Source: an uncultured Candidatus Saccharibacteria bacterium
GTDB taxonomy: Bacteria > Patescibacteriota > Saccharimonadia > Saccharimonadales > JACDBH01
Direction of reading: 5' to 3'
NCBI GenBank assembly: GCA_965231105.1
Contig: OZ246417.1
Coordinates: forward strand, 36,094-100,093
DNA: 64,000 nucleotides
Of the stretch, positions 26,967 through 36,170 are shown piece by piece (position 1 is the stretch's first letter; every line of letters begins with the position of its first letter). The position numbers were made by a program, and so were the translations under genes. The notes beneath the pieces are model-generated. The model searched no databases. It saw only the letters and a list, made by a program, of their open reading frames with translations, and was not told where the DNA came from.

Positions 26967-27709
26967 ATAGACTCGCCAAGATAAAGCCGGCTAACGGCTT
27001 TAGTCGAATGTTCCACTGGGTATTGGTGGCCATTATCCCTGTACTTGTCTTTGTATTGGTGCGTTTAAGCTTTGTGCCGTTAGCGTATGCGGTAGTGATT
27101 TTGAGCAAGTGGCGTATGTTTGCCGTCCGTCCAAGGCACTGGCCAGCCAACATTCGAGCTAATGCTATTGATATTATCGTAGGCTTATCATTTGTAAGCT
27201 TTGCCGCCCAAGCACCATCCCAGGCCTGGCAGGTCGTCTGGGCTGCACTGTATGGGCTCTGGCTGATCGTTATTAAACCGCGGTCTTCTACCTTCTGGAA
27301 CAGCATTCAAGCAGGCACTGGCCAATTAATTGGACTCGGTGCTGTGTATGTCCTGTGGGGTCGTTCCTCGCTGCTCTTATTAGTAGTGGTCAGCTGGGCT
27401 ATTTGCTATTTGGCAGGACGCCATTTCTTTAGTAGTTTTGATGAGCCCTTAAGCTCATTGTTCTCGCATATCTGGGGTTATTTCGGGGCAGCCCTTACCT
27501 GGGTTTTGGGTCACTGGCTCCTCTATTACGGCTTCTTGTCCCAGCCCACCTTATTACTATCTGTCCTAGGTTTTGGGTTGGCGGCACTCTATTATCTGGA
27601 AGATACCGATCGGCTGTCTACCTTTGTACGGCGTGAAATTATCTTAGTCATGAGCGCGATTATCTTGGTGGTCATACTATTCTCTGATTGGGGTGATAAG
27701 GCCGTTTAG
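26963..27709 (+). CDS. Hypothetical polytopic membrane protein (248 aa), translationally coupled to the LCP gene
   Basis: An ATGA start/stop overlap links it to the upstream gene. It has at least 6 hydrophobic segments and no recognisable motif. Confidence 0.65.
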   Translation: MNRLAKIKPANGFSRMFHWVLVAIIPVLVFVLVRLSFVPLAYAVVILSKWRMFAVRPRHWPANIRANAIDIIVGLSFVSFAAQAPSQAWQVVWAALYGLWLIVIKPRSSTFWNSIQAGTGQLIGLGAVYVLWGRSSLLLLVVVSWAICYLAGRHFFSSFDEPLSSLFSHIWGYFGAALTWVLGHWLLYYGFLSQPTLLLSVLGFGLAALYYLEDTDRLSTFVRREIILVMSAIILVVILFSDWGDKAV

Positions 27710-27758
27710 TTTTTCTCGAGGGTTGTATACTAGATAGGTAGTAACATGAGGGCTTTTG

Positions 27759-28976
27759 ATGGCAAACAATGATTTTAACGGGCCGGTTAGCTTTGGCTCT
27801 GGTGCATGGAAGCGAGGATATCAAAAAGGGCGTGATTCCCGCCGTTCACTAGCAATGGGTCTCCTCACTATCCTTCTTGCCGGCGGTGCTGGTTTTGGTG
27901 GTGGGTGGCTTGCTGCCCGAAACGCCACAATTAATCCCAATGCCTCAACCGAAGCTCGTCAGCAGGTAGTATTAAGCGAAAGTAAGCTTATTAGCGCTAT
28001 TGCAAAAGATGTCGGACAAAGCGTGGTATCAGTGAATGTCGTTGCTGAATCAGTGGGCCAAAGTTTCTTTGGCTTACCACAAACCCAAGTAAGTGAAGGT
28101 GCCGGTACGGGTATTATTCTGACCGCGGAAGGTATTATCATTACCAATCGCCATGTAGTCCCCGAAGGTACAACAGGCGTCAGTGTCACTTTATCGGATG
28201 GTACCGAGCTAGAGAATGTTTCGGTTATTGGCAGAACTTCAGACAGTGATCCACTAGATATAGCCTTTCTGAAGGTAGATGATCGTGAGGGTAAAACACT
28301 GGTGCCTGCAAAACTTGGTGATTCATCTGCGATGGAGCTTGGTGATAAGGTAGTAGCCATTGGGAACGCACTGGGACAGTTCCAAAACACGGTAACCAGC
28401 GGCATTATCTCGGGCTATGGGCGAAGCATTGAAGCTTCAGACGGTACATCGTTTAATAGCGAGACCCTTCAAGACCTATTTCAAACGGACGCGGCCATTA
28501 ATCCCGGTAACTCGGGTGGGCCGCTGGTGAATGTGAACGGCGAAGTTATAGGCATTAACGTGGCGACCGCGACGGCCGAGAATATTAGCTTTTCGATCCC
28601 CATTAACGATGCAAAGGGTCTTATCGAAAGCGTGATACAAAAAGGCAAACTCGAACGACCCTATCTTGGCGTGCGCTATGTGCTCCTTAATGATGACTAT
28701 GCTTACACATACAACCTAAGCGTCAAGCGTGGGGCCTATATTACCTCTAGTGGCAACGGCCGGCCGGCTATTATTGCTGGCAGTCCAGCGGAAAAATCAG
28801 GCCTAAAAGAAAAAGACATTATCGTATCCGTTAACGACACGGCTATTGATGAAAATAATAGCCTTATCTCCGTACTTGGTCGGCATAAGGTAGGCGATAA
28901 GGTGCGCTTAAAAATAATTCGTGACAATAAAGAATCAACGATTGAGGCAACTCTCGAAGCTGCCCCCGAACAATAA
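27759..28976 (+). CDS. htrA: HtrA/DegP-family serine protease with a C-terminal PDZ domain
   Basis: The catalytic motifs are TNRHVV (His), DIAFLKV (Asp) and GNSGGPLVN (Ser). The PDZ signature is GSPAEKSGLKEKDIIVSVND. I prefer ATG 27759 over the track's TTG 27756, with the SD gaggg upstream. Confidence 0.9.
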   Translation: MANNDFNGPVSFGSGAWKRGYQKGRDSRRSLAMGLLTILLAGGAGFGGGWLAARNATINPNASTEARQQVVLSESKLISAIAKDVGQSVVSVNVVAESVGQSFFGLPQTQVSEGAGTGIILTAEGIIITNRHVVPEGTTGVSVTLSDGTELENVSVIGRTSDSDPLDIAFLKVDDREGKTLVPAKLGDSSAMELGDKVVAIGNALGQFQNTVTSGIISGYGRSIEASDGTSFNSETLQDLFQTDAAINPGNSGGPLVNVNGEVIGINVATATAENISFSIPINDAKGLIESVIQKGKLERPYLGVRYVLLNDDYAYTYNLSVKRGAYITSSGNGRPAIIAGSPAEKSGLKEKDIIVSVNDTAIDENNSLISVLGRHKVGDKVRLKIIRDNKESTIEATLEAAPEQ

Positions 28977-28991
28977 AGCCGGCAATTCTGT

Positions 28992-29019
28992 TTGACAGCT
29001 GCCGAAACCCGCTTATACT
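28992..29019 (+). promoter_or_regulatory. Candidate sigma70-type promoter, TTGACA-16 nt-TATACT, upstream of the cohesin-like/dockerin/GH operon
   Basis: A consensus -35 TTGACA (28992-28997) and a -10 TATACT (29014-29019) are separated by a 16-nt spacer. The SD agaggg lies directly before ATG 29049. Confidence 0.55.
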
Positions 29020-29048
29020 TAAGTCTAAAGAAAGTAGCATAGAGGGTT

Positions 29049-30158
29049 ATGCGAGTAGCAAAGAGATTTTTTGGAGTTCTGGCGGGGATGATGCTGGTAA
29101 CTGGACTTCTGTCTGGTGGTAGTGTGTCTGCGGCTGGAAGTGCTGTTATAACCGTCGAGAGTTCAAGTTCGGTGTCGACAGGCGCATCAGTTGATCTTAA
29201 CTTCTATGTGACCCCATCTGGCGCAAATGTCTATAGCGTGGGTGCAAATGTGTCTTTGAGTAATCTCACATTCCAGTCTTGGAGTTCAAGCGGCTCGCCA
29301 TTTAATGGGTTTAATGGTGTCACCGCAGGTGGCAGCGCAGGCTCAACAAGTTTTACTTTTTCAGCGAGTTATCAAGGCGCAGCAGCTGGTGGCTCAAGTA
29401 AAGTCTTTATTGGTAAGGCGGTAGCGACAGCTGGAGGCTCGGCAGGCACTGCCTCGATTAATTTTAGTAGCCCTGAAGCCTATGACAGCAGTATTGACAC
29501 GATGGCTGCCTCGGCCCAGAACCGCTCCATAACAATCACTGCACCCGTACAAAGCTGTTCAGCCGGACAAACCGGTACCCCACCAAACTGTACAACCGTA
29601 CAAAGTGGTGGTAGTTCATCTGGTTCTTCAGGCTCAAGCGGCTCAACGCCTTCTAATCCGACAACCACACCAAATAAGAAGAGTACTGCCTCAGTTCCAG
29701 CCGCTTCCGGCACGCCAAATACCGCAGATAATCCTGCGCCCGCACAAGAAATTTCCGAAGAAACACTCAGCACCATCTTCTCGAGTGGAGAAGCGGAAGC
29801 TGTAAGTGATCAGCCGGCGCAAGAAGAAGGCGAAAAGAAGAAATCAAACACTACCCCTCTTATTATTGGCGGAATTGCAGGACTAGCACTTCTCGGTATG
29901 CTTATTGGATTCTTGAAGTTTAAAAATCGGGGCAGCGGCCCAAGCGGTCCGTATGTACCACCTGTTATTGCACATGTTGGTCCTGGCGGCCCAGAACTTC
30001 CTGATACGACACCTACATTGCCACCGACTGCTCCTATTCCTCCAGCAGCTCCACCAGCGCCTACTCCTCCTGTACCTCAGATGCCAGAAGTTCCACCCGT
30101 TCCTGAAGCGCCTAAAGGACCTGATAACAATAAGCCGACTATGATTTATCCACAGTAA
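29049..30158 (+). CDS. Membrane-anchored surface protein with a cohesin-like N-terminal domain, a Ser-rich linker, a C-terminal TM and a Pro-rich tail (369 aa)
   Basis: The signal peptide is LLSGGSVSA/AG. Residues 31-165 (29139-29543) form a beta-rich domain with a cohesin-like pattern (VITVESSSSVSTGASVDLNFYV..VYSVGANVSLSNLTFQSW ... GTASINFSSPEAYD). This assignment is by eye only. A C-x10-C motif CSAGQTGTPPNC lies at 29556-29591. The TM is LIIGGIAGLALLGMLIGFL. The tail is PPVPQMPEVPPVPEAP. Confidence 0.7.
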   Translation: MRVAKRFFGVLAGMMLVTGLLSGGSVSAAGSAVITVESSSSVSTGASVDLNFYVTPSGANVYSVGANVSLSNLTFQSWSSSGSPFNGFNGVTAGGSAGSTSFTFSASYQGAAAGGSSKVFIGKAVATAGGSAGTASINFSSPEAYDSSIDTMAASAQNRSITITAPVQSCSAGQTGTPPNCTTVQSGGSSSGSSGSSGSTPSNPTTTPNKKSTASVPAASGTPNTADNPAPAQEISEETLSTIFSSGEAEAVSDQPAQEEGEKKKSNTTPLIIGGIAGLALLGMLIGFLKFKNRGSGPSGPYVPPVIAHVGPGGPELPDTTPTLPPTAPIPPAAPPAPTPPVPQMPEVPPVPEAPKGPDNNKPTMIYPQ

Positions 30159-30165
30159 GGGTACA

Positions 30166-31665
30166 ATGAAGATGAGGAAGCATACTGATATGAAGAAGGT
30201 GAAGAAGCTGAAATTAGGGCAAGGCCCACGGTTCCAGCAAATGATCGTTTTCATGACCGCTTTTGCTGTGATTGGTGGGCTGATTATTTTAGGTCTACGA
30301 GCAGCACCTGGTGGCTGCGCAACTTCCGATACTATCGGAAGCGCGACCTACACGGTAACCGCACCCGAAACTACCACTTATCGAATCTGGGTGCGTATGC
30401 AGGTGCCTGACACCACGAACACGAACAATACGAACGGTGTAAAGATCGAACTTGATGGCAATCAATGTTTCAAGGCGACAACAACAGCCAGCAACGCCGT
30501 TAATCAGTGGCAGTGGGTTAACTCGGACGCTACCGCTGCCTCAACCATTAATACGACTACCCAAATTACTGCCGGTTCTCACACGATTAAATTATTAGGT
30601 ATGAAAGCTGGCGTGAAAGTAGACAAAGTTCTGCTTCTTAAGTCTGATAACACCTGTACTCCAAGTAATGATCTTACCAACGGTTCACCAGGAGATAACT
30701 GTACGGTGGATGCGCCAGTTGTAACACTTTCTGCAAACCCAACCTCTCTTACGAGTGGTGGTTCAACCACACTTACATGGACCGCAACGGACGCATCGAG
30801 CTGTACCGCCAGTGGTGGTACCGGTTGGAGCGGTGCAAAAAATGCAGTAGGTGGCAATCAAACGATTAGCAATCTCACATCAAATCAGACATTCACGCTT
30901 AACTGTAACGGGACAGGTGGAAGTGGTTCTGCTTCAGCATCCGTTACCGTAACAGCCCCCGCAGCACCAACCGTAACATTCTCAGCAAATCCAACGACCG
31001 TTACCACAGGTAACCCAACGACACTTACCTGGAGTTCTACCAACGCTACATCGTGTACCGCCAGTGGCGGTACCGGCTGGAGTGGCACAAAAGCAACGAG
31101 CGGTAGCCAATCAAGCGGCAACTTAACGTCGAACCAGACCTTTAATATTAGCTGTACCGGACCTGGTGGTAATGCGAGCCGGTCGGCTACCGTTACTGTA
31201 ACGGCAACTCCTCCGCCAACCGATACCACGCCGCCAGCAGTGACCTTCACGATTCCTGGTGTAACTTTAGGTGCACAAACATCTGTCCGAGTTAATAACT
31301 TGAAAGAAATCACGTGGCAGCCGCTTGCAAGCGATACATCTGGTGTAAAAACACTCGTCTTAACCGTTAATGGACAGCCAGCAACACTCAGCGGCGGTTC
31401 CGTAAAGGTTGGTACGACCGCGAATGGAGATTATGTGTTGCGAGCTGTAGCGACCGATAATGCGAACAATGTCTCAACTACCACCGTAACTATTAAGCTT
31501 CGTCATGCTGACTTTGATCGAAGTGGAACGGTTGGTTTACGTGATCTGACGCTACTCCTCAGTGCGTGGGATCAGGCAAGTGCTATCTACGACATTAATG
31601 ACAGCGGTAAGGTTGATCTCTTTGATCTCACGTACGTCCTTAATAAGTGGAACAGTACAGAGTAG
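30166..31665 (+). CDS. Secreted multidomain protein: CBM-like domain, two tandem Ig-like repeats, a Big-like domain and a C-terminal dockerin (499 aa)
   Basis: The signal anchor is FMTAFAVIGGLIILGLRAAPG. The CBM-like domain reads TYRIWVRMQVPD..VNQWQWVNSD..ITAGSHTIKLLGMKAGVKVDKVLLL. Tandem repeats lie at 30718-30957 and 30970-31206. A Big-like domain follows (TTPPAVTFTIPG..DTSGVKTLVLTVNG..ATDNANNVS). The dockerin has two Ca-loop repeats, DFDRSGTVGLRDLTLLL and DINDSGKVDLFDLTYVL. Confidence 0.8.
   Translation: MKMRKHTDMKKVKKLKLGQGPRFQQMIVFMTAFAVIGGLIILGLRAAPGGCATSDTIGSATYTVTAPETTTYRIWVRMQVPDTTNTNNTNGVKIELDGNQCFKATTTASNAVNQWQWVNSDATAASTINTTTQITAGSHTIKLLGMKAGVKVDKVLLLKSDNTCTPSNDLTNGSPGDNCTVDAPVVTLSANPTSLTSGGSTTLTWTATDASSCTASGGTGWSGAKNAVGGNQTISNLTSNQTFTLNCNGTGGSGSASASVTVTAPAAPTVTFSANPTTVTTGNPTTLTWSSTNATSCTASGGTGWSGTKATSGSQSSGNLTSNQTFNISCTGPGGNASRSATVTVTATPPPTDTTPPAVTFTIPGVTLGAQTSVRVNNLKEITWQPLASDTSGVKTLVLTVNGQPATLSGGSVKVGTTANGDYVLRAVATDNANNVSTTTVTIKLRHADFDRSGTVGLRDLTLLLSAWDQASAIYDINDSGKVDLFDLTYVLNKWNSTE
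30718..31206 (+). repeat. Two tandem Ig-like repeats of about 80 aa each (30718-30957 and 30970-31206)
   Basis: Repeat 1 is VVTLSANPTSLTSGGSTTLTWTATDASSCTASGGTGWSGAKNAVGGNQTISNLTSNQTFTLNCNGTGGSGSASASVTVTA. Repeat 2 is TVTFSANPTTVTTGNPTTLTWSSTNATSCTASGGTGWSGTKATSGSQSSGNLTSNQTFNISCTGPGGNASRSATVTVTA. Confidence 0.85.
31507..31659 (+). other. Type I dockerin-like module
   Basis: The duplicated EF-hand-like segment is D-F-D-R-S-G-T-V-G-L-R-D-L and D-I-N-D-S-G-K-V-D-L-F-D-L, each followed by a helix (TLLLSAW and TYVLNKW). This is the canonical dockerin pattern D.N.DG.V...D. Confidence 0.75.
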
Positions 31666-31670
31666 AACAT

Positions 31671-33449
31671 ATGAACCTTACAGCCTCTTTCCGTCGACTT
31701 CGATTTAGTCGCTCAGTTATCGCGCTCGTTGCTGTTGTGGCAGCATTTGCGATTGTAAACCTGGTTCAAGCAGGTATCCGGCCAAACATTAAGTTTGAAG
31801 GTGAGGCAGGAGCATCGCTTAGTAATGCGTCGGTTGTGTCTGATTCAACCGCTTCAAACGGTAGTTATGTTCGCTTTAATCAGCCTGCGACCAGTTGTCC
31901 GGCGGGACAAGTAGGCACACCACCAAACTGCGTCAGTGCGAGCTCGGCTTTAACCGTTAATGCAGCAAACACTGTCCGCCCTTTTGACCGCAAGATGAAG
32001 GGAATTTCATTAGCAAACTGGACCTTTACCAAGGGTTGGGGTAAGCCATTTGTGGGAGAAATTCAAAATCTTCAGCAAGCTATCGTCATGATCGATCCAG
32101 GTCTTATCCGTTATGCCGGTGGTCTATGGGCTAACTATGTTGGCTTTGATCGTAACGTCCAACGAACTGCGTATACCGAATGGACATCAGGTGGCCGAAC
32201 CTATTACTTCCATTACGGCACAGATGAACTGGCAAGCTTGGATGCGTTTGCAAAAAGCGTTGATTCAGATGTTATGATCCAGGTAAATATCTCAAACAAT
32301 GATCCTGCGATGTGGGCAGACTTTGTTCGCTACGCAAAAGAGCAGAACTTCACGAGCTTTAAATACTACGAGCTTGGTAACGAGCTTGATCTAGAAACGG
32401 CGGAGGAGTCAAGCACAGCCCTTACGCCTGCTCAGTATGGCTCTCGAGTAGCAGCGTACCAGCAGGCAATGCTGGCGGTGGATCCAAACATAAAAATTGT
32501 GGGTGGCGTCCCCGCTGCCGCTTCCGACATTGTTCGTACTGACTGGTTGTCTAACGGCAACAGTGTCTCGCAATATCTCACACAAGCCGTTGCTGCAGCC
32601 CGTGGTGCCGGACGTGATTTAGGAGCCGCAAGCTTCCACTGGTATCAAACCTCTGGATCGGTAACCCCAGAGAATGTATCCCAATGGAGCTGGGGCATAC
32701 CAAGCTCTTCCGGTGAATTCTGGCGCATGGGATATAGCCGTGAATGGGCGAGTTTAGTCGGGCCATGGATCAGAAGTGCGGGTTTGCAAGGTTATAACAA
32801 TGTGCCCCTCGGTATAAGTGAGTTAGGAGTTAACTCCTCAGATGGTATAACGGCAAACTCAAACCACTTAGCAGCTCTCTGGTATTCAGATGTCTTAGGT
32901 CGCTTAGCATACAACGGTATCGATTGGGTAACGCAGTGGAATAGCTATGCTGCAGCAGGCGAGCATTTCTCATTGCTGTATCCAAACAGTGACCAAACAA
33001 CGACCCCTACTATTCACGCGCGTCCATCATATTACGCCTATCTTATGTACAGCATGTACTTTGGAAACCAGTTGGTTCAGTCTGGCAGTTATGATGAGAC
33101 AAAGATTTCTATTTGGGCATCGCGTGATACAAATGAACCTAACAAGCTAAAACTTCGCATTACGAACTTTACCGGCGGTGCTATTAATGTGCCGATTGCG
33201 CTGAGCGGCTTCACCGCAACTAGCGGAGATGCTTACGCTCTCACGAGTAGTAACCCGCTCGATATGTCTGAAGCAAGCGCTACCAGCGCTGCTTCAACAA
33301 ACATCAATGGCGTGAAGGTAGACGGTTCCAATGTGGTAAATGCTGTTACCACCATTCAGCCTACCGCGGTCACAGTAAATGGCACGTCATTCACTCATAA
33401 CATTCCTGCATACTCGTCTGTAGCTATTGTCTTGAACGGAACTTTCTAA
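31671..33449 (+). CDS. Secreted glycoside hydrolase, clan GH-A-like TIM barrel with a C-terminal beta-sandwich (family not assignable by eye)
   Basis: I prefer the ATG at 31671; the track's GTG 31647 lies inside the upstream gene. The signal anchor is VIALVAVVAAFAIVNLVQA. A C-x10-C motif CPAGQVGTPPNC lies at 31896-31931. The GH-A-type signatures are LIRYAGGLWANY, YYELGNELD (acid/base NE) and PLGISELG (candidate nucleophile). Confidence 0.65.
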   Translation: MNLTASFRRLRFSRSVIALVAVVAAFAIVNLVQAGIRPNIKFEGEAGASLSNASVVSDSTASNGSYVRFNQPATSCPAGQVGTPPNCVSASSALTVNAANTVRPFDRKMKGISLANWTFTKGWGKPFVGEIQNLQQAIVMIDPGLIRYAGGLWANYVGFDRNVQRTAYTEWTSGGRTYYFHYGTDELASLDAFAKSVDSDVMIQVNISNNDPAMWADFVRYAKEQNFTSFKYYELGNELDLETAEESSTALTPAQYGSRVAAYQQAMLAVDPNIKIVGGVPAAASDIVRTDWLSNGNSVSQYLTQAVAAARGAGRDLGAASFHWYQTSGSVTPENVSQWSWGIPSSSGEFWRMGYSREWASLVGPWIRSAGLQGYNNVPLGISELGVNSSDGITANSNHLAALWYSDVLGRLAYNGIDWVTQWNSYAAAGEHFSLLYPNSDQTTTPTIHARPSYYAYLMYSMYFGNQLVQSGSYDETKISIWASRDTNEPNKLKLRITNFTGGAINVPIALSGFTATSGDAYALTSSNPLDMSEASATSAASTNINGVKVDGSNVVNAVTTIQPTAVTVNGTSFTHNIPAYSSVAIVLNGTF

Positions 33450-34237
33450 GACTGAAAGACCTGGATAAAATCTTCTTTAGCGACTTGTTTATATCCTGAG
33501 TCTTTTGCGATCTTCTCTAAAGTGTCGTGTTGGAATGGCAGTGACTCGGTAAAAATAAACGTCGGTTTTTCTGTTGCTATTTCAATTTGTTTAAACATTT
33601 CACGGTATAAATCTAATCCATCCTTACCGCCAAAAATAGCAACTTTTGGTTCCTGCATGGCAGCCTCATTAATGGTGTAACTATCGGGAACATACGGAAG
33701 GTTACAGAGCAGGGTATCTATAGAAGTATCTTGTAGAGGCTCAAGAAGATTGCCTTCAAAAAAGGTAATATCTGCATTAAGTGCTGTAGCGTTTCGTTTC
33801 GCTACATCGAGTGCCGCTTGATTTATTTCGGTTGCGTATACCTGCGCTTTTGGAAGTTCTAATTTTGCGGTAATAGCGAGACAGCCAGATCCTGTGCCAA
33901 TATCTCCAATTATCAAAGGTTTATATTTGAGAAGAAGCTCAATCATAGTTTCACTTTCCGGACGGGGCTCAAGTGTGTCTGGTGTTACCAAGAATTCACG
34001 GCCATAGAACTCAGATTTGCCCCTAATATAGGCCAGCGGAACATGCTCGGCTCGTTGTTTAAGCTGTTTCTTCAAGGTACGTACAAGTTCAGCGCTAAGC
34101 TCGAACTCGGGGTGTGCTAAAAGCCAGGCCCTATCTTTCTTGGCGGCATCTTCTAGTAAAACTAAAGCATCTAATCGTGCCGTTGCTATGTGATTGAGTT
34201 GCTGTTCGGCTGCTTGCAGCCAGTCTTTAGTTTTCAC
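33446..34237 (-). CDS. prmC: Release-factor glutamine N5-methyltransferase PrmC/HemK
   Basis: The SAM motif is [13 protein letters not shown] and the substrate motif is NLPYV (an NPPY variant). It lies immediately downstream of prfA and overlaps it. Its stop overlaps the convergent GH stop (ctaa, 33446-33449). Confidence 0.85.
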   Translation of the reverse strand: MKTKDWLQAAEQQLNHIATARLDALVLLEDAAKKDRAWLLAHPEFELSAELVRTLKKQLKQRAEHVPLAYIRGKSEFYGREFLVTPDTLEPRPESETMIELLLKYKPLIIGDIGTGSGCLAITAKLELPKAQVYATEINQAALDVAKRNATALNADITFFEGNLLEPLQDTSIDTLLCNLPYVPDSYTINEAAMQEPKVAIFGGKDGLDLYREMFKQIEIATEKPTFIFTESLPFQHDTLEKIAKDSGYKQVAKEDFIQVFQS

Positions 34238-35282
34238 TACTTAAAAGTTCGTGTTCTGCTTTGTGAAGTTCTTCGATCAGATCATCAATCTGCCCGTTCA
34301 TAGCGCCCGGTATATTACTGCGTGAATAACTGATGCGGTGGTCGGTAATACGATCTTGCGGGAAATTATAGGTACGAATCTTTTCGCTGCGATCACCAGA
34401 ACCAATCAGGTTTTTACGCTGCGCACTGAGCTGGGCATTTTCTTCGTCAATCTTCATTTGAAGTAAACGAGAGCGCAGCACGCTCATTGCTTTGGCCTTA
34501 TTCTTGGTTTGGGATTTTTCATCCTGGTTCGATACAACTAAGCCAGTAGGGATATGCGTAATACGTACCGCTGAGTCAGTGGTATTAACACTCTGCCCAC
34601 CATGACCGCCTGAACGGTAGACATCAACACGGAGGTCTGAATCTTTAATTTCGATATCGCTTTCTTCAGCCTCTGGTAACACGGCAACCGTTACCGTACT
34701 GGTATGAATACGCCCTTGGCTTTCAGTTTCGGGTACACGTTGTACGCGGTGTACGCCAGCTTCAAACTTGAACGTGCCGTAGGCTTCATTGCCTTTAACC
34801 ATGAAGCTAATTTCCTTAAAGCCGCCAGCCTCTGAAGGGCTTTCACTTAATAGCTCGATCTTAAAATTGTGTGTTTCACAGTACCGTACATACATGCGAT
34901 ACAGTTCAGCTGCAAATAATGAAGACTCATCACCACCGGCGGCTGCGCGGATTTCAAAAATAGCATCACGGTCGTCGTTAGGGTCTTTAGGCGTAAGGGC
35001 AAGGGTAAGTGCTTGTTCAGCGGCAAGCTTTTGAACATGTAAATCTTCAAGTTCTGCGGCCGCCATCTCGCCAAGTTCTCCACCCGCCTCTACTAATTCC
35101 CGGGCCTCTTGCTCATGCTTTTGAATACGGGTCAGATCATCGAAGAGGGCAAGCAGGTTCTGTAATTCACTTTGGCGTTTAGCTAGCTTTGGGTATTCGG
35201 GCGTACTAAAGATGCCTGGATCTTGTAGTTTAGATTCCAGTTCGGAGAGTTCGTTGCGATAGTGTAAAGCTTTCTGTTCCAT
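34227..35282 (-). CDS. prfA: Peptide chain release factor 1
   Basis: The GGQ motif reads [26 protein letters not shown]. The PxT-type tripeptide region is [17 protein letters not shown]. The length is 351 aa. Confidence 0.95.
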   Translation of the reverse strand: MEQKALHYRNELSELESKLQDPGIFSTPEYPKLAKRQSELQNLLALFDDLTRIQKHEQEARELVEAGGELGEMAAAELEDLHVQKLAAEQALTLALTPKDPNDDRDAIFEIRAAAGGDESSLFAAELYRMYVRYCETHNFKIELLSESPSEAGGFKEISFMVKGNEAYGTFKFEAGVHRVQRVPETESQGRIHTSTVTVAVLPEAEESDIEIKDSDLRVDVYRSGGHGGQSVNTTDSAVRITHIPTGLVVSNQDEKSQTKNKAKAMSVLRSRLLQMKIDEENAQLSAQRKNLIGSGDRSEKIRTYNFPQDRITDHRISYSRSNIPGAMNGQIDDLIEELHKAEHELLSSEN

Positions 35283-35295
35283 AAATCCTTTTTAG

Positions 35296-35330
35296 TATAT
35301 AAAAACCGCTACCTATAAAGATAGCGGTTT
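35296..35330 (-). terminator. Rho-independent terminator after rpmE
   Basis: On the minus strand the sequence reads aaaccgcta-tctttatagg-tagcggttt followed by ttatatact. That is a 9-bp stem with a U-run partly inside the stem. It lies 17 nt after the rpmE stop. A TATACT for prfA overlaps its 3' side. Confidence 0.6.
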
Positions 35331-35346
35331 CACCAACGAAAAGTAG

Positions 35347-35691
35347 CTAACGCTTGGCTGGTGTCGCACCAAGCTTCTGAGTGCCTGATGTTTTTTGTTC
35401 GCTCTTACGTGGCTTCTTAGTTGTTCTGGCTTCACGAGCAGCTTTTGCTGCTTCAGCACGAGCCTTAAAGCGGTCTACGCGTCCTTCAATGTCTACGAGC
35501 TTTTCTTGGCCGGTAAAGAAGGGGTGTGAACTGCTTGAGATATGTACTTTAACAAGTGGGTATTCATTCCCATCTTCCCACTTTACTGTTTCCTCGCTGG
35601 CAACAGTAGAGCGTGTCAAAATACGAGTACCGTCATTGAGGTCTTCGAATACGACGGGGCGATAGTCTTTGTGGTGCAGATCTTTCTTCAT
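35347..35691 (-). CDS. rpmE: 50S ribosomal protein L31, type B-like, with a basic C-terminal extension
   Basis: The sequence is [21 protein letters not shown]...[32 protein letters not shown], with no CxxC zinc motif. I prefer the start at 35691. The longer ORF (35712) begins ATG-TAT-AAT, and that TATAAT (minus 35709-35704) is better read as the -10 element 12 nt upstream. Confidence 0.85.
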   Translation of the reverse strand: MKKDLHHKDYRPVVFEDLNDGTRILTRSTVASEETVKWEDGNEYPLVKVHISSSSHPFFTGQEKLVDIEGRVDRFKARAEAAKAAREARTTKKPRKSEQKTSGTQKLGATPAKR

Positions 35692-35740
35692 AGTCAGCGG
35701 GGTATTATACACATCTGTTTAATAGAGATCAAGAGCCTCT

Positions 35741-35768
35741 TTACAAAAGTATATAAAAGTACTGTAAT
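35741..35768 (+). promoter_or_regulatory. Candidate promoter TTACAA-16 nt-TGTAAT, 6 nt before ATG 35775 (leaderless configuration)
   Basis: The -35 is at 35741-35746 and the -10 at 35763-35768. The six nucleotides ggggat follow, then the ATG. Confidence 0.35.
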
Positions 35769-35774
35769 GGGGAT

Positions 35775-36149
35775 ATGGCAATACCATGTGAAACATGCCC
35801 CAGCAAAATTGAGTGTGAAGCTGCTCTTGCAAGACTAGCAGTAGTGCGTGGGGAGATTGATCTTACCCATGTTGTTATGGATGATCTACGTTCTTCTCTT
35901 ACAGAAAGTACTCCCGAGGAGCAAACCCAGGATTCTCCTACCGTTCAAGAACGATTAGGATGGGTGGTTCATCGTCTTACTGCAATTGATGAGATTCTTC
36001 TTGAGGATGAAGTGTTTGTGGATCGTATGAGCTGCAGTGGAAGCAGTGTAGGCTGTTTTAAGCCCGGTCTTCTATTAGAAGCAGCTCAGTATGCCCAGAC
36101 TGGCATAGATGGTCTGAAGCGGTCTCTTTCGAGCGGAGAGGTTGCATAA
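35775..36149 (+). CDS. Hypothetical Cys-containing protein (124 aa)
   Basis: The N-terminus is CETCPSKIEC and CSGSSVGC occurs later. No family is recognised. Confidence 0.55.
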   Translation: MAIPCETCPSKIECEAALARLAVVRGEIDLTHVVMDDLRSSLTESTPEEQTQDSPTVQERLGWVVHRLTAIDEILLEDEVFVDRMSCSGSSVGCFKPGLLLEAAQYAQTGIDGLKRSLSSGEVA

Positions 36150-36170
36150 TCTTCCTACCTCTGTTAGAAT
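36142..36170 (+). promoter_or_regulatory. Candidate rpsB promoter, TTGCAT-17 nt-TGtTAGAAT (extended -10)
   Basis: The -35 TTGCAT is at 36142-36147. TG is at 36162-36163 and TAGAAT at 36165-36170. This predicts a leader of about 98 nt before ATG 36275. Confidence 0.5.

Noticed and set aside
31647-31670. A GTG start at 31647 for the glycoside hydrolase.
   Set aside because: It lies inside the upstream dockerin coding sequence. The ATG at 31671 gives a normal signal-anchor N-terminus (MNLTASFRRLRFSRSVIALVAVVAAFA).
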